From Thermoanaerobaculia bacterium (GTDB lineage: Bacteria; Acidobacteriota; Thermoanaerobaculia; Multivoradales; UBA5704), in NCBI GenBank assembly GCA_036402955.1, contig DASWRX010000128.1, forward strand, positions 21,810 to 85,809: a DNA stretch of 64,000 bases. Direction: 5' to 3'. Shown piece after piece: positions 35,264 through 44,781 of the stretch; within the stretch, counting starts at the first letter, position 1, and every line of letters begins with the position of its first letter. The translations under genes and the position numbers were made by a program. Under the pieces are notes generated by a model. That model was not told the origin of the DNA. It ran no database searches and saw nothing but the letters and a program-made list of their open reading frames with translations.

Positions 35264-35280
35264 TGGCACCCGATGTGATA
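35264..35280 (+). promoter_or_regulatory. Weak sigma54 promoter candidate for 35320..35736
   Basis: TGGCACccgatGTGATa. The -24 element is perfect, but the -12 position reads GA instead of the conserved GC. Confidence 0.3.
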
Positions 35281-35319
35281 CTCCCCGGGGACATCGGATC
35301 GAATGGAAAGGAGACCGCA

Positions 35320-35736
35320 ATGAAAACGCACAATCTCAATGTGACGGTCGATGCAGCGAAATCCCTGGTGACGGTGTCGGATCCAAAGCGTCACATCGAC
35401 AGCGGAGACCAGGTGATCTGGAAGATCTCCGAGACTCCCTCGCTCTCCGGGGGAACGCTGGATCTGAATCTGTGCGGGACCGTGACCTCTACGACGCTGA
35501 GCGGAGCTCCCACGCTCACGCGTACCATCTCCCGGCCAGGTAGCAAAAAAGGCGATGTACTGCCCTACAGCTTCGTTCTCACGGAAGGTGGGGTCACGAA
35601 AAACCTCACCCTTGTGGCTCCGAGCCCCACGGATCCAAATCTCGTGCTCGACACCAGCGGCCCGCCCATCGGCGGCTGCCCGCGTGAGCCTAAAGATCCT
35701 TCCGGACGAGGCGTCGAAACTCGGGATTGTCCTTGA
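35320..35736 (+). CDS. Hypothetical protein (138 aa, no signal peptide, beta-rich)
   Basis: In-frame part of ORF 34876..35736 from ATG 35320 (GGAAAGGAG upstream). MKTHNLNVTVDAAKSLVTVSDPKRHIDSGDQVIWKI... The 3' end overlaps the convergent kinase gene by about 47 nt. Confidence 0.55.
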   Translation: MKTHNLNVTVDAAKSLVTVSDPKRHIDSGDQVIWKISETPSLSGGTLDLNLCGTVTSTTLSGAPTLTRTISRPGSKKGDVLPYSFVLTEGGVTKNLTLVAPSPTDPNLVLDTSGPPIGGCPREPKDPSGRGVETRDCP

Positions 35737-38347
35737 GAGCGGCAAAACCGGGGAGACTGAACCAGCGCGGTTGCAGGCCTTTTTCGCGAGCTTTCCGGAC
35801 GTTGGCCAGGGCGGAAGCCTGGTTCCCGACGAGGGCATATACCAAGGCCGCGGACTGCAGGAGATAGGGGTTGTCCGGGCCTTGGCGGAGCGCCTCTCGC
35901 ATGATCTCGACAGCCTCCCGGTTTTGCCCCAGGTGAGCCAGGCACTGTGCCTGGCTCATGCTGTCGTCGGGGCTCAGGCCGCCCGGAGGACGGTTTCTCT
36001 CCAGTTGTTTCAGCGCCTTGCGGTAATGCGCCTCGGCCTCTACCCCGCGGCCAAGGGCGAGCTCGGCGTCTGCCATATTCAGGGTGGCGCTCACGTGATC
36101 GGGATCGAAGGACAGGGCTTGGCGGAATGCGGCGATCGCGTCCTCATATTGCTCCAGGAAGATCCGGATCGCGCCCAGGTTGGTGAAGTAGACGCGTTGC
36201 GGCGCGCGGGCGATGAGGTCCAGAAAGATCTGTTCGGCCCGTTTCAGGTCGCCGAAGAGCAGCTCGATCCTGGCGAGCTGCTCGAGAGCCCAGATGTTGC
36301 CCGGGGAGCTCGCCAGGACCGTCTCCAGATGATGGCGGGCCTCTTCGGTGTGCCCGTTGCGGGCTTCGAGGTCGGCGAGTTGGGCCAAGTAAAGCCAGGA
36401 AGGGACCTGGCCGGTCAGCGATCTCATGTCGGCGATGGCCTCTTCGCTCCGGCCCTCATGATCCGCGAGGCTGGCCCGCAGGGCGAGGAGCTGCGGATCG
36501 CCGGGTAGTAGGTTTTCGAGCTGGGCCAGGGTGGCGGCCGCCACTCTCCCCTCGCCGCCGGCCAGCTCGATCCTGAACTGGCTCATCAGCGGGCGAGGAT
36601 CTTCGGGAGCGAGCTTCCGGGATTCACGGACGAGGGTCAGGGCCCGGTTGCGGTAAGAGATCTCTTTTTTGGAATAGAAGAGATTCAAGGCGACGTCGGC
36701 GGCGAGGAGGCGGGCCTGCAGGAAGTGGGGAGAGCGCCCGACAATCGTTTCCAGCCGCTCCAACTCGGGCTGAGGCGGCGTCTGTCCCGAATCGATGCGC
36801 TGCTTGATCTCCAGGAAGTCGGCGAAATCCTCGTTGCGGACGTCGAGCGCGAGCGTGCCCGGCCGTGGCCGGAAGGCGGAGAAGCCCCGGCGTAGGTGGA
36901 TGCCTACCGCGTCCGCGAGGAGATAGAGATCCTGCGCCGCGAGCGGCGCGTCGAACGTGTCGCTCCACAGGACCTGGCCGTCGGCCCCGTGAATGCGGCG
37001 CAGCGTGATCCTTCCCAGGTTGCCCGCGGTCTCCAGGGTCGCGATGAGCACCTCGTCCGCCGCCGCGACCCGCGCCATCTCCATCGCTGATCTGGGTGAT
37101 CCGAGGAGTTGCGAAGGATCGACCGGCACTATGCCCTGGAGCGAGCCCAGGGCGCTCAGGCTCGCGGTCAGGACTCCCGAGGCCGCGAGCCGGAGCTTTT
37201 CGTCGCCGCCGCTCACCTCGGGCCGTGGCACGACCACGCGCAGGGGTGCCATGGCGGCGGCCGCCGCGGGACGCTGGCCAGCCTGGAAGGGCCGGCCGAT
37301 CAGGACGCCGAGGGTGGCCAGGATCGCCACCGCCAGGACGGCGAGGGCCGCCGTCCTCATCCCGCGCCGGCGGAGGACCGACATTCCCATCGTCGACTCG
37401 GGCGTTCCGGCCGCTCGCGGCAGGGCTTGGGTCGGGGCCTGCGCGGTGGCGAGGAAGCCCGTCGGGAGATCGCTGACGGTCTCTTCCGAGGACGGGTCGG
37501 GAGCCCGGCCCGCGATGACGTCGAGCTCCCGCACGACCTCGGCCGCGCTCTGCGGCCGGTCGCCGGGAGCCTTGGCGAGCAGCCGCTCGACCAGGTCGCC
37601 GAGCCGCGGGGGGACGTCCGGCCGCAGCGCGTCGGGGCGCGGCGGATGCTCGGAGGTCACCCGCTTCAGGATTTCCAGGGGATGGCCTCCCCGGAACGGG
37701 GATCGCCCGGTCAGCATCTCGTAGAGCAGGATTCCCAGCGAGAAGAGGTCCGATCGCTCGTCCGTCTCGCCGCCGTTCGCCTGCTCGGGAGACATCATGT
37801 GGAAGGTGCCGAGCAGCACGCCGTGCTGGGTGAGGAGGATGTCGTCGGTCGCGCGGGTCCGCATCTGGGCGAGACCGAAGTCGAGGATCTTGGCGTGCCC
37901 GGAGGGGGTGACGATGACGTTCTCGGCCTTGAGGTCGCGGTGGACGATCCCGGCGGCGTGAGCGGCGGCGAGCCCGTCCGCGATTTCGCGGGCCAGGCGG
38001 ATGGCCAGAGGCGGGTCCAGGGGGCCGCCCGCCAGGCTCGCGGTCAGCGTGCGGCCCTGGACGTACTCCAGGACGATGCAGTCTCCGGCGGCATCCTCGA
38101 TCAGGTCGTAGATCTGCACGATGGCGGGATGGCTGAGGCCGGCGACCGCCCGGGCCTCGCGCAGCAACCGCTGGCGCAGAGAGGAATCGAGCCCGTGATC
38201 GCGCCGGATCCGCTTGATCGCCACCTGCCGCTTCAGCCGGTCGTCCTGCGCCAGGAAGACCTCGCCCATGCCGCCGCGGCCGAGGATCTTCACGAGCCGG
38301 TAAGGGCCGATGCGCTCGTCTTTGAGGGGTTCTTCGGAACCTGCCAA
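35690..38347 (-). CDS. Ser/Thr protein kinase with TM segment and C-terminal TPR repeats
   Basis: 885 aa, TTG start at 38347 (GGGAGA upstream). GRGGMGEVFLA, VAIK, HRDLKAENVIV, DFGLA, SPEQ. One TM segment (AALAVLAVAILATLGVLIG). Multiple TPR-like repeats at the C-terminus. Confidence 0.9.
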   Translation of the reverse strand: MAGSEEPLKDERIGPYRLVKILGRGGMGEVFLAQDDRLKRQVAIKRIRRDHGLDSSLRQRLLREARAVAGLSHPAIVQIYDLIEDAAGDCIVLEYVQGRTLTASLAGGPLDPPLAIRLAREIADGLAAAHAAGIVHRDLKAENVIVTPSGHAKILDFGLAQMRTRATDDILLTQHGVLLGTFHMMSPEQANGGETDERSDLFSLGILLYEMLTGRSPFRGGHPLEILKRVTSEHPPRPDALRPDVPPRLGDLVERLLAKAPGDRPQSAAEVVRELDVIAGRAPDPSSEETVSDLPTGFLATAQAPTQALPRAAGTPESTMGMSVLRRRGMRTAALAVLAVAILATLGVLIGRPFQAGQRPAAAAAMAPLRVVVPRPEVSGGDEKLRLAASGVLTASLSALGSLQGIVPVDPSQLLGSPRSAMEMARVAAADEVLIATLETAGNLGRITLRRIHGADGQVLWSDTFDAPLAAQDLYLLADAVGIHLRRGFSAFRPRPGTLALDVRNEDFADFLEIKQRIDSGQTPPQPELERLETIVGRSPHFLQARLLAADVALNLFYSKKEISYRNRALTLVRESRKLAPEDPRPLMSQFRIELAGGEGRVAAATLAQLENLLPGDPQLLALRASLADHEGRSEEAIADMRSLTGQVPSWLYLAQLADLEARNGHTEEARHHLETVLASSPGNIWALEQLARIELLFGDLKRAEQIFLDLIARAPQRVYFTNLGAIRIFLEQYEDAIAAFRQALSFDPDHVSATLNMADAELALGRGVEAEAHYRKALKQLERNRPPGGLSPDDSMSQAQCLAHLGQNREAVEIMREALRQGPDNPYLLQSAALVYALVGNQASALANVRKAREKGLQPRWFSLPGFAALKDNPEFRRLVRKDL

Positions 38348-38492
38348 GGAACCATCTCCCAGGAATCAACTCCACCAGAATCGGCGCCACTGGAAAAGGA
38401 AGCTTTCAATATTGTACCTAATATTGTACCTGAAGAAGGGGGAAGCCGTCCGCCCCGGCCGGGCGGCACGGAAGGGCTGCCACTCTTGAGGC

Positions 38493-39710
38493 TTACGGCT
38501 TGATCGAGTAGGGCTGCAGGGCCGCCGCCGCCGCCCGGATGCCGTTCTCGAAGTCGGCGAGGTGGTAGATGGCCTCGGCGTTCTGGGCGGTCGAGCAGGA
38601 CTGGGCGCAGTCGCGGAGGGAGCTGTAGGCCTTCTTCAGGGCGCCGGCCGCCGCGGGGTCCGGCGAGGCGAGGGCGGTGCGATCGGCGAGCAGGGCCGAG
38701 GTGGCGTTCAGCAACTCCTGGCAGGCCGGCTGGATCTCCTCGTTCGTCCCCCCCTTGCGCACGCTCAGGTAGCCGGCGAGGGCGGTCCGCACCGGCGCGA
38801 TCCGGGCCGTGTAGGTGGCGTACCAGGTCTGCATCGTCTGCTGCATGCGCTCCGGCGACAGGCTGGACCGCGGATCGCCGTTGAACGAGGAGGCCAGCTT
38901 CTGCCGCGCCATGGCTTTCTCCCCCTCCTCGCGCTCCCGGTAGCGGTTGACGGCGGCCTCGTGCTCGGCCTGCTGCCGCGCCTGGAAATCCTGGGTGGCC
39001 TGCCACTCCTGGCGCTCGCGGGCGTACTGCTCGGGCGACATCTTGGCGATGGCGCCGCTCGCGTCGCTCGCGTGGCTCGGCGCGTTGGCGCGGGCCGCCG
39101 CCAGCAGGGGATCGTACTTGCGGCGGGCGAACTGGATCTCGGTGTCCTGGGGCGTGTAGAGCGCCGCCAGCTTGGCCTTGGCGTCCTCGTAATTGCGGAC
39201 GTTGTACTGAACGCCGTCGTCGAAATTCGAGACCGAGTACTGCGTGGTGCGGATCCGCTGGCAGACCTGGTCCTGGGAGCGGACCAGCGCCTGGAACGCC
39301 TGGGCGACTTCCTGCGAGTTTTCCTCCTGCACCTTGGGCATCAGGCCGCGGATCAGCTCGCTGGCCCGGTCCACCGCCGCCAGATCCGCCGCCGCGGTCT
39401 CGTCGATGTACCGCTGGAGCACGGCGTGAGGATCGGCCTCCGGGACCGCCGGCGGCCGCTCCGAGGGGTACTTGTACCGCGCCTCGTACGCCGCGTCCCG
39501 CGCGCGTTTCTGCTCCTGCTCGGCGCTCTTGAGCTGCGCGCCAGCCGCTTTGGCGATGCGGGCGCAGAGCGCCTCGTTGTCCTGGATCAGCGTAAAGACC
39601 TCCGGCGTTTCCGTGCCGGCGGGGGCCGAAGCCTGCCGCCCGCAGCCGAGAGCGGCTCCGAGGACGGCTGTGGTTCCGAGCAGGGTCAAGGCGCAGCGGC
39701 TCAGCTTCAT
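38493..39710 (-). CDS. Lipoprotein of unknown function (paralog A)
   Basis: 405 aa. GGAGG upstream. Lipobox LGAALGCG. Helical and charged. Collinear homology with 42683..43918 (e.g. TLIQDNEALCARIAKA / TLIQENEERCAKIAKA; MSPEQYARERQEWQA / MSPEEYAQQRREWNA; C-terminal LQPYSIKP / LQPYALKP). Confidence 0.75.
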   Translation of the reverse strand: MKLSRCALTLLGTTAVLGAALGCGRQASAPAGTETPEVFTLIQDNEALCARIAKAAGAQLKSAEQEQKRARDAAYEARYKYPSERPPAVPEADPHAVLQRYIDETAAADLAAVDRASELIRGLMPKVQEENSQEVAQAFQALVRSQDQVCQRIRTTQYSVSNFDDGVQYNVRNYEDAKAKLAALYTPQDTEIQFARRKYDPLLAAARANAPSHASDASGAIAKMSPEQYARERQEWQATQDFQARQQAEHEAAVNRYREREEGEKAMARQKLASSFNGDPRSSLSPERMQQTMQTWYATYTARIAPVRTALAGYLSVRKGGTNEEIQPACQELLNATSALLADRTALASPDPAAAGALKKAYSSLRDCAQSCSTAQNAEAIYHLADFENGIRAAAAALQPYSIKP

Positions 39711-39872
39711 CGTTCAACCTCCTGGTAGAGCGGGGGCTCGCCGGTCCCCCCAGGGATCGTTTCCTGCCATCTGAAATGGACTTGGTCTTACAACCATATA
39801 ATGATGTCCGTTCCCTGAGAAGCATTTCGGCCGTGACCTGGAGGCGGGCCGGCCCGTGGAGATCCTGCGCCC

Positions 39873-42584
39873 ATGAATCGATCCGCCCTCCGTCCAACGA
39901 TCTTCGCCGCCATCCTTCTCTTCGCCGCGCTGGCCGTGCCGGCGCCCGCTCCCGCCGCTCCCGCCGCTCCAAAAGGGCCGCAGCGGCTGAGCGACGCCGA
40001 GCGCCAGGCCGTCGCGTTCGCCGCCGAATACCTGGACAAGGGGCCCGCCGCCTGGTGGGACCACCTGTCGAGCGGCTCTCCCCTGCGGCGGCTCGGGCGG
40101 GAGGCCGCCCTGGCCGAGATCGAGGTGCGGGCCGGCTCGCCGGCCGGAGCGGAGTGGGAGCTGGAGGCCGCGCCGGAGGAGATCTCCCGCCAGGGCGCCG
40201 TCTTCACGGTCGGCTTCCCCTCGGGCATCGACGACACCCTGGTGCTCGGCCTGGTGCAGGAGGGGGGAGCCTGGAAGATCGACTCCCTGCGGGTCTCCGC
40301 CGAGCCCGTGGCGGCGAAGGCCGCCGGGGAGGAGACCGCGTCCTCCGCCCCCACTGAATCCGCTCCGGTGGCGCCGTCCAGGCTGGCCGCGATCCTCGCG
40401 ACCGTCCCCGTCTGGCTGCTCGCCGTGGTGGGAGTGGCCGGCGTCCTGCTCCTCATCGCCGCGTGGTCCGAGCGGAGCCGGCTGGCGCCGGCGATCATCC
40501 TCGGGCTTGCCGGCAGCGTCATCGCGGCGAGCGCGCTGGCCGCCGCCATCCTCCCCCGCGTGCTCGCGACGGGAGGGGGAGCCAGCGCCGTGGCCGCCAG
40601 TGGAGCGATGGCGGAGCTGCGCCCGCTGCTGGCGCTCCGCCGGGCCCTCACCCAGCCGGACGGCAGCGTGCCGGCCGCGGCGCCGCCGGAGACGCGGCAG
40701 GCCGGCGTCCCCGGCCAGGTCGCCCAGCTCTGGTGGGCTCAGAACCGCCTCGGTCTGATGGATTTTCAGGGCGTCGACGCGACGCTGAAGGGCTTCCCCT
40801 CGCCGGGCCGGTTCCCGCTCGCCGAGCTGCTGCGGGCCCGCGCCGCCTTCCTCCGCCTGGAGGAGGTGCCCACGGCGCTCGCCTACCAGCGGTCGGCCGC
40901 CGTCGGCGTGGCCCACGAGGGACTGCTGGCGGAGTCCGCCCAGGCCTTTCTCCTGCTGGGTTTCGAGAACCACGCCAAGGAGTACCTGAGCCAGCTCGAG
41001 CAGCTCGGGGCGCGCCAGGCCGCGGCCTGGTACACCATGGCGCAGGTGCGCATCTCCGACGACAAGCTCCTCGACGCGGTCGAGCTCTTCCGCGTCGGCT
41101 GGCGCCTGCAGCCGGTCCCGCGCTCCGAGATCTTCGAGCAGCCGCTGCTCGCCGCCCTGCTCGAGGACCTCCAGATCCGCAAGCTCGTCCGCCTCGGCGT
41201 CACGGAAGAGCCGGAGGCCCCCTGCTTGGGAGTCTCCCGGCGGGCCCTGCCGCTGCCCGCCGGCTTCGAGGCGCGCGTGCTCGGCGAGACGCTGCGGCTC
41301 TCCCGCGGCGAGGCGGAGCTGCGGGTACCCGGCGGCTGCGACCTCGCGCCGGCGGGCACGGCGAGCGACCGCGCCGGCGCCTGGAGCGACGAGCGGGCGG
41401 CGAAGCTGCTGGCGCGCCTGCCCACCCTGCTCAAGGCGGCGCGCACGCCGGGCTCCCTCGCCCAGCCCTCGCTGCGCAAGCGGACCGAGGACACCGCCGA
41501 GGCCCTGGCGGAGAACCGCCGCTGGGCGGACCTGGTGACCCTCACCGAGAGCCTCGCCGGCGATCCCTCCAGCCTGCCGCCCGAGCTGGTGCGGCTGCGC
41601 GCCGAGGCGCTGCGCCGCGGCGGCCGCGAGGGCGAGGCGCGCGACCTGCTGATCCGGCTGGCGATGGGGAACACGGCCCAGCGGCGGAGCGATCCTGGAA
41701 CCCTCTACCAGCTCTCCAACCTGCTCGCGCGGCAGGGGAGCTTCGACGCCGCCATCAAGCTCGTCGCCAAGGCCGACTCGCAGCTCCCGTACCAGAGCGG
41801 CGGCGACCGCCTGCGCCAGCTCCAGATGGAGAAGCGCCTGGCGGCCTCCTCCAGCAGCTTCCGCAGCCCGCACTTCGACATCCGCTATCCCCCGGCGCGG
41901 GGGGAGAAGTTCGCCGAGGAGGCGGCCCGCATCCTGGAGGCCGAGCGCGTGCGCCTCCAGGCCTGGATCCCCGTCGCCTCGTCGCGCGTCGTCGAGGTCC
42001 ACCTGCTCCCCTTCGAGGACTTCCGGATGGGCTACTCCCCCGGCATGGACGTGCTCGGGCTCTACGACGGCAAGGTCAGCGTGCCGCTCGGCGACGTCCG
42101 CAGGTTCAATCCCTTCGTGGTCTCCATCCTGACCCACGAGCTCGCCCACGCGCTGATCACCGAGAAGACGGGCGACCAGGCGCCGCGCTGGTTCCAGGAA
42201 GGGCTGGCGCAGCACGTCGAGATGGTGGACGACGGCGTCAATCCCATCGGCGGCTATCGCGACAAGGACAACCTCCTGGCCCTCCCGCTCGTCGAGCGCG
42301 CCATCAGCAGCTTCTCGCCGGCCCTGGTCGCCATCGGCTACGACGAGTCCTGCTGGACCCTCCATTACGTCGAGCGCCGCTACGGCCGCGCCGGCATCCA
42401 CCGCATGCTCGAGGCCTACCGCGACGGCAAGACCACGGACCAGGCGATCGCGTCCCTCGGCGTCAGCCCCGCCCAGTTCGACCAGGACGTCTGGAAATGG
42501 GCCATGAACGAGGCCGGGAACCTGTGGGCGGTGGACGTGGTGCGCTACGACGACAAGAAGATCACCTCGATCACCACGGACTGA
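39873..42584 (+). CDS. Secreted MA-clan zinc metallopeptidase-like protein with long helical-repeat region
   Basis: 903 aa. Signal peptide. Internal TM-like stretch (AAILATVPVWLLAVVGVAGVLLLIAAW). TPR-like middle region. C-terminal HELAHALITE ... WFQEGLAQHVE (HExxH plus downstream E). Confidence 0.75.
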   Translation: MNRSALRPTIFAAILLFAALAVPAPAPAAPAAPKGPQRLSDAERQAVAFAAEYLDKGPAAWWDHLSSGSPLRRLGREAALAEIEVRAGSPAGAEWELEAAPEEISRQGAVFTVGFPSGIDDTLVLGLVQEGGAWKIDSLRVSAEPVAAKAAGEETASSAPTESAPVAPSRLAAILATVPVWLLAVVGVAGVLLLIAAWSERSRLAPAIILGLAGSVIAASALAAAILPRVLATGGGASAVAASGAMAELRPLLALRRALTQPDGSVPAAAPPETRQAGVPGQVAQLWWAQNRLGLMDFQGVDATLKGFPSPGRFPLAELLRARAAFLRLEEVPTALAYQRSAAVGVAHEGLLAESAQAFLLLGFENHAKEYLSQLEQLGARQAAAWYTMAQVRISDDKLLDAVELFRVGWRLQPVPRSEIFEQPLLAALLEDLQIRKLVRLGVTEEPEAPCLGVSRRALPLPAGFEARVLGETLRLSRGEAELRVPGGCDLAPAGTASDRAGAWSDERAAKLLARLPTLLKAARTPGSLAQPSLRKRTEDTAEALAENRRWADLVTLTESLAGDPSSLPPELVRLRAEALRRGGREGEARDLLIRLAMGNTAQRRSDPGTLYQLSNLLARQGSFDAAIKLVAKADSQLPYQSGGDRLRQLQMEKRLAASSSSFRSPHFDIRYPPARGEKFAEEAARILEAERVRLQAWIPVASSRVVEVHLLPFEDFRMGYSPGMDVLGLYDGKVSVPLGDVRRFNPFVVSILTHELAHALITEKTGDQAPRWFQEGLAQHVEMVDDGVNPIGGYRDKDNLLALPLVERAISSFSPALVAIGYDESCWTLHYVERRYGRAGIHRMLEAYRDGKTTDQAIASLGVSPAQFDQDVWKWAMNEAGNLWAVDVVRYDDKKITSITTD

Positions 42585-42606
42585 CCTGGCGATCGAAATG
42601 ACCGGC

Positions 42607-42671
42607 CTCCGTAGGGTGCGCTGCGCGCACCAGGAGCGGCGGTGATGGTGCGCGCAGCGCACCCTACGGAG
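42607..42671. terminator. 25-bp perfect inverted repeat (15-nt loop) between convergent genes; REP-like or bidirectional terminator
   Basis: CTCCGTAGGGTGCGCTGCGCGCACC-aggagcggcggtgat-GGTGCGCGCAGCGCACCCTACGGAG; the arms were verified base by base. No U-tract. Confidence 0.6.
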
Positions 42672-42682
42672 TTGACAGACCC

Positions 42683-43918
42683 CTACGGCTTGAGCGCGTA
42701 GGGTTGCAGCGTCATCGAGGCGTTCTGGATCGCCCGCTCGAAGCTGCCGAGGCGGAAGTTGGACTCGGCGGTGAGGCCGGCCGAGCAGGCCCTGGCGAGC
42801 TCCTGGAGCTCGCCGTAGGCCGCCTTCAGGGCCCGCTCCGCCGCCTCGTCCGGAGCGTCGAGAGCGGTGGGATCGTCCAGCAGGGCCGTGGTGGCGCTCA
42901 GCAGCTCGCGGCAGACCGGCTGGGTCTCCTGCATCGGATCGTTCCGGGCGCTCAGGTACCTGGAGAGCGCCTGCCGCACGGCAGCGGCCTTGCCCGCATA
43001 GACGGCGTGCCAGGCCCGCATCTTCGGTTGCAGCGCCTCCGGCGTCGACTTCTCCTTGGAGGGCGCGACGCTCAGCCGCGGCAGCGGCGCCGCGCCGTCC
43101 GCGCCGCGCGCCCGCCAGCGGCTGACGGCGTTCTCGTGCTGCGCCTGCTCGCTCGCCTGGTTCTCCTGGACGGCGTTCCATTCCCGCCGCTGCTGCGCGT
43201 ACTCCTCGGGGGACATCGCGGCGATGCGGTTGACCGGCGTGCCCTGCGCGGCGGCGCGGGCCTCGGAGAGGAACGGCTCGTACTTGTGGCGGGCGAACTG
43301 GGCGTCGACGGCGGAGAGGGTGAAGACGGCGGCGAGCCCGGTCTGGGCGCTCTCGTAGCCCTTCAACGCGGAGTCGACCTTCTGCCGGAGCTCCGTCGCC
43401 GACTCGGTGGCCGTCCGGGAGCTGCGGCAGACCTCCTGCTGGGCCAGGAGGAGGTCCCGCACCGCCTTGGCCGTCGCCGGCGGCGCCTCCTCGTCGACCT
43501 TCGGCGCCAGCGCGGCGAGCAGCTCGCCGGCCCGGTCCACCACGGCGAGCTCCGCCGCCTGTCCCTGCAGATAGTCCTCGAGCTTCTTGCGGGCCGGCGG
43601 CGGCTCGGGCGCGGGCGTGGGGCTCTCCGCGGTATCCGAGGACAGCGGCGGCTCCGTGTGGGCCATCACGCGGGCCAGCCGCAACCGTTCCGCCGCGGCG
43701 GCCGCGGCGGCCGCCGCCTCGCGCGCCCGCTTCTCCTCGGCCTCGGCGCCGCGGAACGTCTCGGTCCCCGCCTTCGCGATCTTCGCGCAGCGCTCCTCGT
43801 TCTCCTGGATCAACGTGACGGCCTCCGGCGTGACCGTCAGTCCCACCGCCTTCTGCTGTCTATGGCCGCAGGCCGTCAGGACAAGTCCGAGCGCGAGCAG
43901 GCTCCAATGCCTCTTCAT
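42683..43918 (-). CDS. Lipoprotein of unknown function (paralog B)
   Basis: 411 aa. GGGAGG upstream. Lipobox LVLTACG. Paralog of 38493..39710. Confidence 0.75.
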   Translation of the reverse strand: MKRHWSLLALGLVLTACGHRQQKAVGLTVTPEAVTLIQENEERCAKIAKAGTETFRGAEAEEKRAREAAAAAAAAAERLRLARVMAHTEPPLSSDTAESPTPAPEPPPARKKLEDYLQGQAAELAVVDRAGELLAALAPKVDEEAPPATAKAVRDLLLAQQEVCRSSRTATESATELRQKVDSALKGYESAQTGLAAVFTLSAVDAQFARHKYEPFLSEARAAAQGTPVNRIAAMSPEEYAQQRREWNAVQENQASEQAQHENAVSRWRARGADGAAPLPRLSVAPSKEKSTPEALQPKMRAWHAVYAGKAAAVRQALSRYLSARNDPMQETQPVCRELLSATTALLDDPTALDAPDEAAERALKAAYGELQELARACSAGLTAESNFRLGSFERAIQNASMTLQPYALKP

Positions 43919-44098
43919 CCGTTCCTCCCGATCCTGGACGCGATGCGTTAACCATACAGGATTGGCGGATTCTTCTGAAGTATTTCAAGTCGCGAGCCCG
44001 GTCGATCAGAAATCCTGAACCTTAAACTGAAAGAGATGCTGGTTCACACGCCCTCGAAACGGGATATAGATAAGAGTGGACTTACAGGAGGTGACGCG

Positions 44099-44725
44099 AT
44101 GCGGATCGGAATCATCGGAGCGGGGAGTGTGGGGGGGACGCTGGGGCGGGGCTGGGCGCGGGCGGGGCACGCGGTGACGTTCGGGGTCCGGGATACGGGG
44201 GACCCGAAGGCGGTGAAGCTGGGCGAGGAGACGGGCGCCAGGATCGCCTCCGTGGCCGACGCGGCCTCCGGCGCCGAGGTGGTGGTGTTCGCGACCCCGT
44301 GGGAGGCCACGCAGGACGCCGTGCGGAACGCCGGCGACCTGGCGGGCAAGATCGTCTTCGACTGCACGAACCCGCTCGCGCCGCAGCTCTCCGGGCTGAC
44401 CCACGGCTTCGAGACCTCGGGCGGCGAGCAGGTCGCCTCCTGGGCGCCGGGGGCCCGCGTGGTCAAGATCTTCAACACGATCGGCGCCAACAACATGGCC
44501 GATCCGGACTTCCACGGCGTCGCGGCGAGCATGTTCTACTGTGGCGACGACGCGGACGCCAAAGCCGCCGGCGCCCGGCTCGCGGCGGACCTCGGCTTCG
44601 ATCCGGTGGACGCCGGCGCCCTCGATCAGGCCCGCCTGCTCGAGCCGCTGGCTCTGCTGTGGATCCGTCTGGCCTACGTGCAGAAGATGGGGCGCGACAT
44701 CGGATTCAAGCTGATGAAGCGGTGA
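44099..44725 (+). CDS. NADPH-dependent F420 reductase-like / NAD(P)-binding oxidoreductase
   Basis: ORF 44036..44725 trimmed to ATG 44099 (AGGAGG upstream). MRIGIIGAGSVGGTLG Rossmann motif. Overall NpdG-like pattern (ATPW, FDCTNP, KIFNT). Confidence 0.8.
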   Translation: MRIGIIGAGSVGGTLGRGWARAGHAVTFGVRDTGDPKAVKLGEETGARIASVADAASGAEVVVFATPWEATQDAVRNAGDLAGKIVFDCTNPLAPQLSGLTHGFETSGGEQVASWAPGARVVKIFNTIGANNMADPDFHGVAASMFYCGDDADAKAAGARLAADLGFDPVDAGALDQARLLEPLALLWIRLAYVQKMGRDIGFKLMKR

Positions 44726-44781
44726 TCCCCGGCGGGCTCCGTCGAGCCGGTATAATCCCGGGGACCCAAGGGAGGCCCGCC

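Noticed and set aside
39714-43181. 1155-aa ORF on the minus strand
   Set aside because: It is antisense to the signal-peptide-bearing MA-peptidase-like gene and out of frame with lipoprotein B. It is Arg/Gly/Pro-rich with no recognisable domain.
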